64,000 nt of DNA from positions 85,725-149,724 of the forward strand of contig JACPZE010000020.1 in NCBI GenBank assembly GCA_016195685.1. The letters are read 5' to 3'. This DNA is from Candidatus Gottesmanbacteria bacterium (GTDB lineage Bacteria > Patescibacteriota > Microgenomatia > 2-02-FULL-39-11). Under the pieces are notes generated by a model. That model was not told the DNA's origin. It saw only the letters and a program-made list of their open reading frames with translations, and ran no database searches. Of the stretch, positions 39,024-49,782 are shown piece after piece. Position 1 is the stretch's first letter. Each line of letters starts with the position of its first letter. Made by a program: the position numbers and the translations under genes.

Positions 39024-41005
39024 TGATGCTAGTTCTATCGATTATTAAATTTCTTGGATTCCTCACTTTTTTTATATATATTCCATCCCAAATAGTATTT
39101 AATCTTTGCAAAATCAAAATTAAAGATAATCTGGTAAACATTGGCTTGTCATTTGTATCTGGAATTGTCATAATAACTCTTATTTCTTTGGTGATAAGGT
39201 ATGCGGGATTAAGTTTCTCGGTGTTATGGATTATATTTCTCCTGAGTTTATTTTATTTAGTTTTCAGATTTAAGATAAAAAATTTCAGAGAAATTTTAAA
39301 GCAAAAAATCTTCCCCAAAAATAAGTCAGCCCAAATAATATTATTCCTAGTTTTAGGAATGTGTGTTATCTTACAAAATTTAGTACTTTTTTCCGGTGGA
39401 ACACAAGTGTCTGGTGGTTTAGCTTTTCCCTCTCCACATGATACTATGTGGAATATAGCTTTGGCATCGGAATTAATTCACCGTTTTCCGGCCGATAATC
39501 CTGCAGTTTCAGGCATATTATTGAAAAATAACCATTATTTTTACCCCCTTTTTCTTTCTGTTGCTAGATCCATAACCGGTATTGATATTTTTGACCTTTA
39601 TTTTAGATTTGGTCCAATTTTAGTCTCCATACTATTTGGTTTGGGATTGTATTCAGTCAGCAAAGTTTTTATCGATAATATTTATTTTCGGATTACTGCA
39701 GTTTTCCTGGGATATTTTTCTGGAAATTTTGCTTATTTACTGCCATTTATATTTGGTAAGAATTTTGATTGGAAAGGTAATACGTTTTTTTCCGATCAGC
39801 CTTTTGATCAACTTATAAATCCTTACTCAGTGTTAGGTTTTGCGCTTATGCTTTTTGGAATTTATTGTTTATCACAAATTCATACCCCAAAGAAAAATTT
39901 ATCTCTGGGATATAGTATTGTGGGTGGAATATTATTGGGTTCTTTATACGGATTTAAATCATTTGGTGGTGTTATAGTAATTTTAACTTTAGTAATCAGT
40001 ACTTCTATTTCTTTTGCTTTCAGTAAAAAGCTGACTTTTCTTCCGGTTACTGCATTAAGCATGGGTTTATTTGTTTTTATCTTTCTATTTACTACAGATC
40101 CATCAAAAGCATCATTAATTTGGGCACCGGGTTGGTTGCTTACTCAACTTATGACTGATCAGGATAAACTGAATTTACCCCAATTTGCCAATCTTGAAAG
40201 ATTCTACGCTTTTTCTTTCAATAGACTGGGGTTTCTGAAAATAAAGTTTATAGAATTTTTTATTTATTTGATTGGAAATCTTGGTACACGACTCTTAGGT
40301 ATGATTTATCTGGTTTTTTATTTTTTAAAAAAATCAGTTTATATTTTTGATAAATATATCTATTTATTTATGATAGTCGCTACAATCATATCCATTGCGA
40401 TTCCTCTTTTTTTTAATCTCACAAACAGTACTTTCAATATTATTCAATTCACACCTTACGCATTGGTAATTCTTAGTTTGATTAGTACGGTCATACTGGA
40501 GATAATTTATAGTTTCTTGGTTTTTAAAAAACAGCGACTTATTGGTATAGTTATCATAATTATTTTTATAATTTTATCTATACCGGTGAATGTCAAAAAT
40601 GTTATTAGCAAATTTGAAAGACCAAAAGATATTCTTTCGTATGGAGAATTATCAGCATTAAAATATTTGCAAGACAATTCAAACGCGCAAGATATTATTC
40701 TGATAAATCCTTCTACTTTTTCCCAAGATCCAATTTATATTCCTGCGATTAGTGAAAGAAGAGTATATCTAGCAAGTCCAGGTTATGCTATTCAGACAGG
40801 TGTTGATCCTGTAAGTCGTTTGAAAGAAATTAATATATTTTTTCATACTTATAATAAAGAATTTTTGGCAAAAAATAAGATAGCATATATATATGAGTTA
40901 AGAACAAATTCTTCCTCAAATCGAAATGATTCTTTATTTAAGCTGGGATTATCAAGCGTCTTTGAGAATGATAAAGTTATAATATGGAAAGTTAATATAA
41001 CTTAA
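39023..41005 (+). CDS. Large polytopic membrane protein, probable GT-C of a different family
   Basis: HDTMWNIALASEL...FP..NP..SG..L.N.HYFY loop, many TMs, GFK, C-terminal domain (E..AL.YL, IPA.SERR.Y, VFEN..V.I). Confidence 0.55.
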   Translation: MMLVLSIIKFLGFLTFFIYIPSQIVFNLCKIKIKDNLVNIGLSFVSGIVIITLISLVIRYAGLSFSVLWIIFLLSLFYLVFRFKIKNFREILKQKIFPKNKSAQIILFLVLGMCVILQNLVLFSGGTQVSGGLAFPSPHDTMWNIALASELIHRFPADNPAVSGILLKNNHYFYPLFLSVARSITGIDIFDLYFRFGPILVSILFGLGLYSVSKVFIDNIYFRITAVFLGYFSGNFAYLLPFIFGKNFDWKGNTFFSDQPFDQLINPYSVLGFALMLFGIYCLSQIHTPKKNLSLGYSIVGGILLGSLYGFKSFGGVIVILTLVISTSISFAFSKKLTFLPVTALSMGLFVFIFLFTTDPSKASLIWAPGWLLTQLMTDQDKLNLPQFANLERFYAFSFNRLGFLKIKFIEFFIYLIGNLGTRLLGMIYLVFYFLKKSVYIFDKYIYLFMIVATIISIAIPLFFNLTNSTFNIIQFTPYALVILSLISTVILEIIYSFLVFKKQRLIGIVIIIIFIILSIPVNVKNVISKFERPKDILSYGELSALKYLQDNSNAQDIILINPSTFSQDPIYIPAISERRVYLASPGYAIQTGVDPVSRLKEINIFFHTYNKEFLAKNKIAYIYELRTNSSSNRNDSLFKLGLSSVFENDKVIIWKVNIT

Positions 41006-41006
41006 A

Positions 41007-42617
41007 ATGAAAAAAGTACTTCTTTTATTCATTATTGGTTTGGCATTGAGTTTGCGTATTTTTCAATTAGGACAAACTCCAGCTTCCCTTTATTGGGATG
41101 AGGTTTCTTTAGGTTATAATGCCTATTCAATAGCTACTTCACTTCATGATGAACATGGGGAATACGTCCCTCTTGCTAGATTTATAGCATTTGGCGATTA
41201 TAAGCCTCCTGGATATATCTATGCAGCGGTACCAAGTATTTTAACCTTCGGGCTAAATGAATTTGCCGTTCGTTTTCCTTCAATGTTAGCAGGATTACTT
41301 ATGGTCTTGATTACTTATTATTTCACAAAAGAACTTTTTGCGAACGATAGTATTGCATTATTATCAAGCTTAGTTATAGCTATCTCACCTTGGGCGATTC
41401 AATTTTCCAGGGCAGCCTTTGAGGCCAATTTGGCAGCATTTTTCAATCTATTTGGAGTTTATTTATTTTTAGTTTCTCGAAGGAAAAAATGGATAATTAT
41501 TTTGTCTGTAATTTCGTTCATTTTATCTTTTTATACTTTTAATGCCAATAGAATTATTGCCCCACTTCTTCTTTTATCCTTGTCAATTATATACGGGAAA
41601 TCAATAATCAATAACAAGAAATGGGTTCTAATTTCCATAATAATTTCATTGATTGCTCTAATGCCTAGTTACTCTTATTTGCAAAGTCACGAGAGTAAAC
41701 TTAGATTTCAAGAAGTATCGATATTTAATAATTTATCCCCGGTTGAAATTTCAAATGAAAGAATCAAAACAGATGGTAACACTTGGTGGGCGAAAATAAT
41801 TCATAATAGACGAATACTATTTGCGGAAGATTATTTAAAACATTATTTCGACAATTTTTCCGGGCGCTTTCTTTTTACTCATGGGGATATCAATCCGAGG
41901 TTGGCGGTACAGAGTATGGGAGAATTTTATCCTTGGGATTTGCCGTTTTTACTTATAGGAATTTATTGGTTAGTAAAAAAAAGGGAAAAAAATCTTGCAG
42001 TTTTATCCATTTGGATGATGATAGCGGCCATACCAGCCGCAACAGCACGGGAAACTCCTCATGCCCTTCGGATATTATCAATATTGCCAACTTATCATAT
42101 ACTCATCGCTTATGGATTATTTCATGTGATTAAATGGATGAAATTAAAAATACATAAGCAAAATATACTAATTGCTTTCTCTGTCATTTGCTTTTTGCTA
42201 TCTGTAAATATTTTTTATTACCTACATGATTATTATATACATTATTCTAGAGATTGGAGCGGCGAGTGGCAATATGGGTATAAGCAAATGGTTTCTTATG
42301 TATCATCTGTTGCAGATAAGTATGATCATATTTTTGTAACCAATGCATTAGGTAGACCATATATTTATTTTGCTTTTTTTGATAAATATTCTTCTGCTGA
42401 TTTTAGTAAAAATAGGGTAGCAGAAAGAGATTGGTTTGGTTTCTGGGACGTGAAATCTCTAGGAAAAATTCAATTCGATTTTAGTACTTTACCCAAGTCA
42501 ACGGGGAGAATATTAATTGTGAATACACCCGGTAATCTACCAGGAGATTTTCATCTGTTACAAAAAGTTAAAAACCTAAAAGATGAAGATGTTTTCTGGA
42601 TTGCAGAGAGAATATGA
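41007..42617 (+). CDS. GT-C glycosyltransferase, array copy 6
   Basis: WDEVSLGYNAYSI...HDE.G, FGDYKPP.Y, PW..QFSRAAFE, HNRR, FLF, PHA.R, WQYGYK. Confidence 0.82.
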   Translation: MKKVLLLFIIGLALSLRIFQLGQTPASLYWDEVSLGYNAYSIATSLHDEHGEYVPLARFIAFGDYKPPGYIYAAVPSILTFGLNEFAVRFPSMLAGLLMVLITYYFTKELFANDSIALLSSLVIAISPWAIQFSRAAFEANLAAFFNLFGVYLFLVSRRKKWIIILSVISFILSFYTFNANRIIAPLLLLSLSIIYGKSIINNKKWVLISIIISLIALMPSYSYLQSHESKLRFQEVSIFNNLSPVEISNERIKTDGNTWWAKIIHNRRILFAEDYLKHYFDNFSGRFLFTHGDINPRLAVQSMGEFYPWDLPFLLIGIYWLVKKREKNLAVLSIWMMIAAIPAATARETPHALRILSILPTYHILIAYGLFHVIKWMKLKIHKQNILIAFSVICFLLSVNIFYYLHDYYIHYSRDWSGEWQYGYKQMVSYVSSVADKYDHIFVTNALGRPYIYFAFFDKYSSADFSKNRVAERDWFGFWDVKSLGKIQFDFSTLPKSTGRILIVNTPGNLPGDFHLLQKVKNLKDEDVFWIAERI

Positions 42618-44227
42618 AGTCTAAAGTTATTATTTTATTGATATTCGTATTGTCATTTATTTTGCGTTTTTGGCAACTTGGTATAAATCCTCCATCACTT
42701 GATTGGGATGAAGCCTCTTTAGGATACAATGCTTATTCTATACTTAAAACTGCGAAAGATGAGTACGGTAACTTTCTGCCTCTTTCGATTCGTTCTTTTA
42801 ATGATTATAAACCACCTCTTTATAGTTATTTAACTATTGGACCAGTAGCTTTTTTTGGATTGAATGAATTTTCTACAAGATTCATTTCAGCCTTATTGGG
42901 AAGTCTTACGGTTGTCGTAGCATATTTTTTAATGAAAGAATTATTACCGCAAAAATCAAAAATATTATATATGCTTTTTAGTCTTTTTTTTGCTGTTTCT
43001 CCATGGCATCTACAATTTTCTAGAATCGCATTTGAAGCAAATAGCGCATTATTTTTCGTGATATTTGGAATGTGGTTATTTTTTAAAGGTTTTAAAAAAG
43101 AACAATTCTTTCTTCTTTCTTTTGTCTCGTTTAGTCTATCTACTTATGCTTACCATAGTGAAAGATTGGTAGTTCCTCTTATTTTAATTGGGTTACTTTT
43201 CCTTTATCGAAAAGAGTTGAAGCAAAAAATGAAGTGGGTAGTAATTAGTATAGTTATTTTTGTTTTATTATTTATTCCTATTATTCAACAGCTACGTTTA
43301 ACTTCAGCCAGGTTTGGATCCGTAACCATACTAAATCCAGATGAAAAACTTGGAAAGAGTATACAATCGATTGAATATGATAAGCAACAAAAAGATTGGC
43401 TTGGAACATTGATGCACAATCGAAGAATTGTTTATGCCAGGGAAGTTTTGGGAGGTTATTTGGATCATTTTAATTTTGATTTCTTATTCATGACAGGAGA
43501 TCCTCCAGGGAGACATCATGCAGCTGGAATGGGCATGTTATATTTCTGGGATATTCCTTTTGTTCTTATCGGATTGTATATGTTACTTAGGGATAGGAAT
43601 AAGGAAAATTTATTTATACTTTGGTGGTTCGCACTAGCACCTGTAGCTTCTGCATTTACTTCTGGCACTCCTCATGCAGTGAGAGCTCTTACATACCTTC
43701 CTACATATCAGATTTTTATTGCCATCGGATCAATAGAAATGATCAGATTACTCAAAAAGCATAAAAGAAAAGTTTATGGAAGATTTTTGTTGTTTTTTAC
43801 CTTTACTTTACTCATCGTTAATTTTTCATACTATCTACACATGTATTATTTACATACGCCTCGGGAATACTCCCAATGGTGGCAGTATGGGTATAAGCAA
43901 ATGATATCCGAAGTAGCTAAATATGAAAAAAATGTTGATAAAGTCATTGTAACTTATAGGTACGATCAGCCATATGTTTTTTTCCTTTTTTATAATCAAA
44001 TAGATCCAGATTGGTACCAAAAAAATTGGGGAGGGGGAGAAATTATGAGAGCAAATAGAAGTTTTGGAAAATATGAATTCCACAATTTAGATTGGGCAAA
44101 GGATTCTCATACTACTGGCATACTTTTAGTTGGTACACCAGATGAGATCCCGAAAGACTCTTTTGGTATCCTGTCTGAAATAAAATTTTTGGACGGGTCG
44201 GTTGCCTTCAGAATTGCAGCAAGGTAA
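42614..44227 (+). CDS. GT-C glycosyltransferase, array copy 7
   Basis: WDEASLGYNAYSILKT.KDE.G, SFNDYKPPLY, PWHLQFSRIAFE, HNRR, HF..DFLF, PHAVR, WQYGYK. Confidence 0.82.
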   Translation: MKSKVIILLIFVLSFILRFWQLGINPPSLDWDEASLGYNAYSILKTAKDEYGNFLPLSIRSFNDYKPPLYSYLTIGPVAFFGLNEFSTRFISALLGSLTVVVAYFLMKELLPQKSKILYMLFSLFFAVSPWHLQFSRIAFEANSALFFVIFGMWLFFKGFKKEQFFLLSFVSFSLSTYAYHSERLVVPLILIGLLFLYRKELKQKMKWVVISIVIFVLLFIPIIQQLRLTSARFGSVTILNPDEKLGKSIQSIEYDKQQKDWLGTLMHNRRIVYAREVLGGYLDHFNFDFLFMTGDPPGRHHAAGMGMLYFWDIPFVLIGLYMLLRDRNKENLFILWWFALAPVASAFTSGTPHAVRALTYLPTYQIFIAIGSIEMIRLLKKHKRKVYGRFLLFFTFTLLIVNFSYYLHMYYLHTPREYSQWWQYGYKQMISEVAKYEKNVDKVIVTYRYDQPYVFFLFYNQIDPDWYQKNWGGGEIMRANRSFGKYEFHNLDWAKDSHTTGILLVGTPDEIPKDSFGILSEIKFLDGSVAFRIAAR

Positions 44228-44236
44228 AATACAAGA

Positions 44237-45169
44237 ATGAGAATCTTAGTTACTGGAGGAGCCGGATTTATCGCTTCCCATATAGTCGATGCTTATATAA
44301 AAGATGGTCATGAAGTAATCATTATAGATAATCTATCCACAGGGAAAAAAGATTTCATAAATAAAAAAGCCCGGTTTTACAAAATTGATATCAGAAATAG
44401 AAGAGAATTAGAATTAGTTCTCAAAAAAGAAAAGCCTTCGGTAATCAATCATCATGCGGCACAAATAAGTGTACGCCATTCTGTAGAGAATCCATTTTTT
44501 GATCTGGAGATAAATTTAATCGGATTACTAAATCTAATTCAGCTAGGAAAAAAAGCGGGTTTAAAGAAAATGATTTTTGCTTCATCTGGAGGAGTTGTAT
44601 ACGGAGAGGCGGATACAATTCCTACGCCAGAGAACTATGTACCGCTTAAACCGCAATCTCCCTATGGAATAACTAAATTATCGAGTGAATACTATCTAGA
44701 TTACTTTTTTCAAAATTACCGGATTCCTTATATTGCTTTACGCTATTCCAATGTTTACGGTCCGAGGCAAAACCCCCATGGGGAAGCCGGAGTTATAGCA
44801 ATTTTCACATCGAAGCTTCTCAGAGGTGAAACCTCAATAATTAATGGGGATGGGTTGCAGACTAGGGATTATGTTTATGTAAAAGATGTAGTGGAGGCTA
44901 ATCGGAAAGCTCTGATTTCAGATAAAGTAGGCGCTTTTAACATAGGAACGTCCAGAGAAACAAATGTTTTAGAGATCTTTAACCGTTTGAGAAAGTTAAT
45001 AGGTAAAAATACTACGGTTTCCCATGGATCGGCAAAGAAAGGGGAGCAAAAAAGAAGCTGTTTGAATTGTAACTTAGCATTAAAAGTGTTAGGTTGGAAG
45101 GCAGAAAGTACTTTAAATCAGGGGCTAAAAAAAACCGTAGAATATTTTCAGCAAAATGAAAAAGTTTAA
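44237..45169 (+). CDS. UDP-glucose 4-epimerase-like extended SDR
   Basis: TGGAGFIASH, H.AAQISVR.SV..P, ASSGG..YG, SPYGITK, RY.NVYGPRQ.PHGEAGV, GDG.QTRD. Confidence 0.8.
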   Translation: MRILVTGGAGFIASHIVDAYIKDGHEVIIIDNLSTGKKDFINKKARFYKIDIRNRRELELVLKKEKPSVINHHAAQISVRHSVENPFFDLEINLIGLLNLIQLGKKAGLKKMIFASSGGVVYGEADTIPTPENYVPLKPQSPYGITKLSSEYYLDYFFQNYRIPYIALRYSNVYGPRQNPHGEAGVIAIFTSKLLRGETSIINGDGLQTRDYVYVKDVVEANRKALISDKVGAFNIGTSRETNVLEIFNRLRKLIGKNTTVSHGSAKKGEQKRSCLNCNLALKVLGWKAESTLNQGLKKTVEYFQQNEKV

Positions 45170-46622
45170 CAATAACGGATCTATTATTATAATGGGTGGC
45201 GGCTTGGCTGGACTTGCCGCGGGGTATGAACTTTCAAGAGCTAAAAAAAGGGTACTAATCATAGAAAAATGGGATGACGTAGGGGGGTTAGCTCGAACTC
45301 TTGAAGTGAATGGATTTCGTTTTGATACTGGTCCTCATCGGTGGTATACAAAAAGCAATATGGTCAATGATTGGATGCTTAAAATACTAGGTGATGAGGT
45401 GATAAAAGTACCGAGGTTAACCAGAATCTATTTTGATAACAGATTTTTCTTTTATCCAATCAAGTTAATGAATGCACTTACGGGGATAGGAATTATTACA
45501 GCTTGTCGTGCTGTGATAGATTATATTTTTGCCAGATTCCGAGCGCGTTTGTTAAAGCCTCACCTTTTGACTATGGAAGATGGTTACATCAACCAATTTG
45601 GCAAAACTCTTTACGAAACTTTCTTTAAGCGTTACAGCGAAAAACTATGGGGACAGGACTGCAAACAAATATCGATTGACTGGGTAGGTCAGAGAACTCG
45701 GGGACTTAACATTCTGACTATACTAAAAGATACTTTTTTTAAAAGTAAAGACGTTGTTTCTTTGGTGGATGAATTTTCTTACCCTAAGAAGGGGATTGGT
45801 AGATTAGCAGAAAAGTTAGTAATCGAAATCAAAAAAAGAGGTGGTGAAATCATTACATCCGCCGAAGTTAATGAGATTAATGTAATAAAAAATAAAATAT
45901 CAAGCATAGGTTTCAAAAAGAATGGTCAAAAGACTTTGGTTAAAGGTCAACAATTTATCTCCAGCATACCAATCGATGATTTTGTAAAATTAATAAATCC
46001 CAAAATAGATAAAAAAATAATTCATCTTGCGCAAAAACTTCAGTATAGAGATGAATTGCAGGTTGCACTGTTTGTAAAAAAAACTCACATAACTGCCGAT
46101 ACTTGGATATATGTACATCCCAAGACAATTCCTTTTATGAGAGTGATGGAGATGGATAATTGGAGTGATGACTTGTCTCCTGTCGGAACTACGACTTTGG
46201 TTTTTGAAGTAGCCTGCAATATTGGAGATAATATGTGGAAGAAAAGTGATACCGAAGTTATCAAAATGATTTCTGATTCATATATAAATGAGTTTAAACT
46301 AATTAACAAAAATGATATTATTGGGGGTTTTGTCCACAGAGTGCCGAAAGAATACCCTGTTTACCATATAGGCTATAAAGAAGATACTGATATCATAAAA
46401 AAACATCTTAGTGGTTTATCAAATATACAGTTAGTTGGTAGGAATGGGACTTTTAGATATAATAACATGGATCATTCAGTAGAGATGGGTTTATATGCCG
46501 CTTGGAATATTCTAAAAAACAAGAAGATGTATGAAATAGAATCTATAAACATCGAGCGAGAGTATCTTGAAGAAAAAAAGATCGAAAATATCGAAGATTT
46601 TTCTCTTGAAGAAAATGATTAA
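45156..46622 (+). CDS. FAD-dependent oxidoreductase (HemY-fold; UDP-galactopyranose-mutase-like candidate)
   Basis: GGGLAGL, EK...[48 protein letters not shown]. Confidence 0.7.
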   Translation: MKKFNNNGSIIIMGGGLAGLAAGYELSRAKKRVLIIEKWDDVGGLARTLEVNGFRFDTGPHRWYTKSNMVNDWMLKILGDEVIKVPRLTRIYFDNRFFFYPIKLMNALTGIGIITACRAVIDYIFARFRARLLKPHLLTMEDGYINQFGKTLYETFFKRYSEKLWGQDCKQISIDWVGQRTRGLNILTILKDTFFKSKDVVSLVDEFSYPKKGIGRLAEKLVIEIKKRGGEIITSAEVNEINVIKNKISSIGFKKNGQKTLVKGQQFISSIPIDDFVKLINPKIDKKIIHLAQKLQYRDELQVALFVKKTHITADTWIYVHPKTIPFMRVMEMDNWSDDLSPVGTTTLVFEVACNIGDNMWKKSDTEVIKMISDSYINEFKLINKNDIIGGFVHRVPKEYPVYHIGYKEDTDIIKKHLSGLSNIQLVGRNGTFRYNNMDHSVEMGLYAAWNILKNKKMYEIESINIEREYLEEKKIENIEDFSLEEND

Positions 46623-47379
46623 GAAGTCTCCGCAGACTCCCAAAGTGATTGTGGTAATGCCTGCATATAACGCCGCAAGAACGTTAGAAAAAACATATCA
46701 TGATATCCCAAAAATAATTGATGAAGTACTGGTTATAGATGATGATAGTAATGATGAGACCGTATTCATAGCAAAAAAACTCCAACTTCCCGTTTTTGTC
46801 CATAAAAAAAATCTAGGTTATGGTGGTAATCAAAAGACATGTTACGTAGAAGCACTGAAAAGAAAAGCAGATATTATTGTAATGATTCATCCTGACTATC
46901 AATATGATGCTACTCTTACAGAAGTTTTAATTAAGCCTATTTTACAGGGAAGAGAAGATATTATGCTCGGAAGTCGAATAAGAAGCAGAAGAGAAGCTCT
47001 TGTTGGAGGAATGCCTTTATATAAATATATTAGCAACAGAGCCTTGACCTTTTTGGAAAATATAGTTCTGGGTCTTAATTTAAGTGAATATCATACTGGT
47101 TTTCGAGCGTTTAGAAGAGAAGTGCTTGAAAAGGTTCCATTTGATTTATTTTCAAATGATTTTGTTTTTGATCAGGAAATCCTGATTGTTGCTCATCAAT
47201 TGGGATTTCGCATGGGAGAGATAGCAGTACCTGTACGTTATTTTCCTGAGGCTTCTTCTATTAATTTTATGCGTTCAGTGAAATATGGTTTTATGATAAT
47301 AATCATATTAATTAGATTTATATTGGATAATTTCGGTATTAAGCAAAAAATATTCAGACATAAGAATGAAAAAAATTGA
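46615..47379 (+). CDS. DPM-like GT2 (polyprenyl-phosphate sugar synthase type)
   Basis: [35 protein letters not shown]...[20 protein letters not shown] 46615 preferred. Confidence 0.82.
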   Translation: MIKKSPQTPKVIVVMPAYNAARTLEKTYHDIPKIIDEVLVIDDDSNDETVFIAKKLQLPVFVHKKNLGYGGNQKTCYVEALKRKADIIVMIHPDYQYDATLTEVLIKPILQGREDIMLGSRIRSRREALVGGMPLYKYISNRALTFLENIVLGLNLSEYHTGFRAFRREVLEKVPFDLFSNDFVFDQEILIVAHQLGFRMGEIAVPVRYFPEASSINFMRSVKYGFMIIIILIRFILDNFGIKQKIFRHKNEKN

Positions 47380-49018
47380 TTACCTCATCATATTATTTAT
47401 AATTTCAGCATCGGTAATCGTTTTGAAAGACTTATTCAAACCAGGTATGTATACAAGTCATGACGGTATACATCAAGTGGTGCGTTTTTATTATTTTGAC
47501 CAGATATTGAGAGAGGGACAAATACCACCTCGTTGGGTAGGGGGACTGATGAACGGTTTTGGTTATCCTCTTTTTATTTTTTCATATCAACTGCCATGGT
47601 TTATAGCAGAAGTAATACATAATTTGGGAAGTTCGATCATCGATAGTGTGAAGATGACGTTTCTAGTTGGATTTGCAATATCTGGAATCACCATGTATCT
47701 TTTTCAAAAAGACATTTTTGGCAGATTACCGGCTTTTGCCGGTACCGCCCTTTATCTTATTTCTCCTTACCGCTTTTCCAACATTTTTGTCCGGGGTGCT
47801 ATTGGGGATGCAACAGCCTTTATATTTGCACCCCTGCTTTTTTGGGCATTTTTCCATTTAAAAAGCAGTTGGTCATGGAGGTGGATTGCTATAGGGGCGG
47901 GAGCCTTGGTAGGACTTATTTTATCCCATGTAATGGTAACAGCACTATTTATGAGTAGTTTAATAATTTATCTGATTTTTTTTCTTGCAACTATAAAAGA
48001 TAAACTAAGTTTTTTGAAAAGTTTTTTAAGCGTGATTTTATTGGGAAGCGGAATATCCGCATATTATTTAATTCCTTCATTGGTTGAAAAAAGTAATACT
48101 CAATTCCAGTCGCTTATGAGTCAGATTTTCATTGGATCATATTTTCCGACGATAAGTGAGTTAATTTATTCCAAGTGGGGATACGGTGTTTTTCATTCAA
48201 AAGAAGGGGCGATGTCACTGCAGGTAGGATTGACAGGGTGGTTTGTGGTCTTTATGACGCTGATTGGAGTTATATTCTTACCGTTATTATATAGAAAAAC
48301 TTCTAAACCAGAGGTAGAACTTTTTGTTTCTGGGAGAATCATTCTAGTTATTTTTGCTTTTACCATTTTTATGATGCTGCCTGCATCATTGCCTATTTGG
48401 AAAATAATAAGCCCAGTAGTTTTTGTTGATTTTCCCTGGCGCTATCTTGCGGTAATTACCTTTTTTGTTTCTCTCTGTGCTGGATTATTGATTGCCTTAA
48501 TAAAAAGATTTGAATTTATTTTGACATTATTTTTAATATTGTCTGCTTTATATTTTAACCGCAACCATTTGCGAATCAACGAAACGCTTGGTTGGGATTT
48601 ACCGTTTATGCTTAAGCTTGAAAGGACAACAAATAGTTTTGATGAATATAAACCGAAATGGGTTAAAGAAGAATTTATTAAAGAGAAAAAGCCTAGAATT
48701 GAATTTTCCGATAGCAATGCAAAAATTACTATAAATAAAGTTATATCAAATTATCAAAAATTTACCATTAACAATAAAGAGGATGGAAAAGTACGAGTCA
48801 ATACAATTTATTACCCCGGATGGGAGCTATTTGTAAATGGTAAATCTAAAGTCATAAATTATCAAAGCACCGGTTTAATTGAATTTGACCTCGATAGCGG
48901 CAACTCAGAGATAATTTTGAAATTTGTAGATACTCCATTGAGAAAACTAAGTAATGCCTTAAGTCTTTTTTCCATAGGAATCTTACTCTTTGGTTTTATA
49001 AAATATAGAAAAGTATGA
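47366..49018 (+). CDS. GT-C-like membrane protein (PTPS-related/YfhO-like), third paralogue
   Basis: SHDG, PPRW...L..GFGYPLF.F, FVRGA.GD, LSH, FPWRYL, DEY.P.W, YYPGW, terminal TM. Confidence 0.72.
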   Translation: MKKIDYLIILFIISASVIVLKDLFKPGMYTSHDGIHQVVRFYYFDQILREGQIPPRWVGGLMNGFGYPLFIFSYQLPWFIAEVIHNLGSSIIDSVKMTFLVGFAISGITMYLFQKDIFGRLPAFAGTALYLISPYRFSNIFVRGAIGDATAFIFAPLLFWAFFHLKSSWSWRWIAIGAGALVGLILSHVMVTALFMSSLIIYLIFFLATIKDKLSFLKSFLSVILLGSGISAYYLIPSLVEKSNTQFQSLMSQIFIGSYFPTISELIYSKWGYGVFHSKEGAMSLQVGLTGWFVVFMTLIGVIFLPLLYRKTSKPEVELFVSGRIILVIFAFTIFMMLPASLPIWKIISPVVFVDFPWRYLAVITFFVSLCAGLLIALIKRFEFILTLFLILSALYFNRNHLRINETLGWDLPFMLKLERTTNSFDEYKPKWVKEEFIKEKKPRIEFSDSNAKITINKVISNYQKFTINNKEDGKVRVNTIYYPGWELFVNGKSKVINYQSTGLIEFDLDSGNSEIILKFVDTPLRKLSNALSLFSIGILLFGFIKYRKV

Positions 49019-49770
49019 ATACTATTTCTGTAGCCCTAGCCACTTTTAATGAAGAGAAGAATATCATCAAATGTTTGGAAAGTGTAAAAGATTGGGTTGA
49101 TGAAATAGTTATAGTTGATGGTTCATCGACTGATAAAACAGTTGAAATTGCTAAGAAATTTAAAGCAAAAATACTAGTTACCGATAACCCTCCTATCTTT
49201 CATATCAACAAGCAAAAAGCCATAGATTTATGCAGAAATGATTGGATTTTACAACTTGATGCTGACGAGGTTATCAAGGAAGAACTTAAAAAAGAGATTT
49301 TAAGAGTTATAATCAATAAACAAATAAATGGCTATTGGATTCCCAGGAAAAACTACTTTCTCGGTAGATGGTTATCCAAGGGAGGCCAATATCCCGATTA
49401 CACGTTGAGGTTGTATAAAAAGGGTAAAGGAAGGTTGCCGTGTAAAAGCGTGCATGAACAGGCACATGTAGAAGGAGAAACTAAGTATCTTAAAAGTCCG
49501 CTCTTACATTACCCTTACCCTGATTTTTCCCACTATTTGGATCATTTCAAAAGATATACTGATATTTTCTCGTCTGAATTAAAACAGGAAAAAGTGGAGA
49601 TCAATTTTATTAATTCTATACAATATATATTTATTAAACCTTCTTTATGGTTTTTAAAAACCTATATTAGACATAAGGGAATCGTAGATGGATTTCCTGG
49701 ATTGATATTTTGTTTTTTTTCTGCAATAAGGTTTCCAGTCGCATATTTGAAATATTGGAAAGGAAAATAA
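49015..49770 (+). CDS. GT2 glycosyltransferase (WaaE-like)
   Basis: TFNEE.NI..CL, DEIVIVDG.S.D.T, WIL.LDADE, RKNYFLG, YPDY..RL, VHE, DG.PG. Confidence 0.85.
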   Translation: MNTISVALATFNEEKNIIKCLESVKDWVDEIVIVDGSSTDKTVEIAKKFKAKILVTDNPPIFHINKQKAIDLCRNDWILQLDADEVIKEELKKEILRVIINKQINGYWIPRKNYFLGRWLSKGGQYPDYTLRLYKKGKGRLPCKSVHEQAHVEGETKYLKSPLLHYPYPDFSHYLDHFKRYTDIFSSELKQEKVEINFINSIQYIFIKPSLWFLKTYIRHKGIVDGFPGLIFCFFSAIRFPVAYLKYWKGK

Positions 49771-49782
49771 TTTTAGGATAAT

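Noticed and set aside
29717-44227. Integron-like or recombination-driven cassette array explaining the GT-C repeats
   Set aside because: The genes abut or overlap with no attC-like spacers, no near-identical DNA repeats visible by eye and no recombinase.
4796-46614. Longest-ORF starts at 4796, 11404, 13139, 25420, 29672, 32180, 33903, 35569, 46567
   Set aside because: Mostly TTG/GTG codons or long overlaps; downstream ATGs give typical coupling distances and N-termini matching paralogues.
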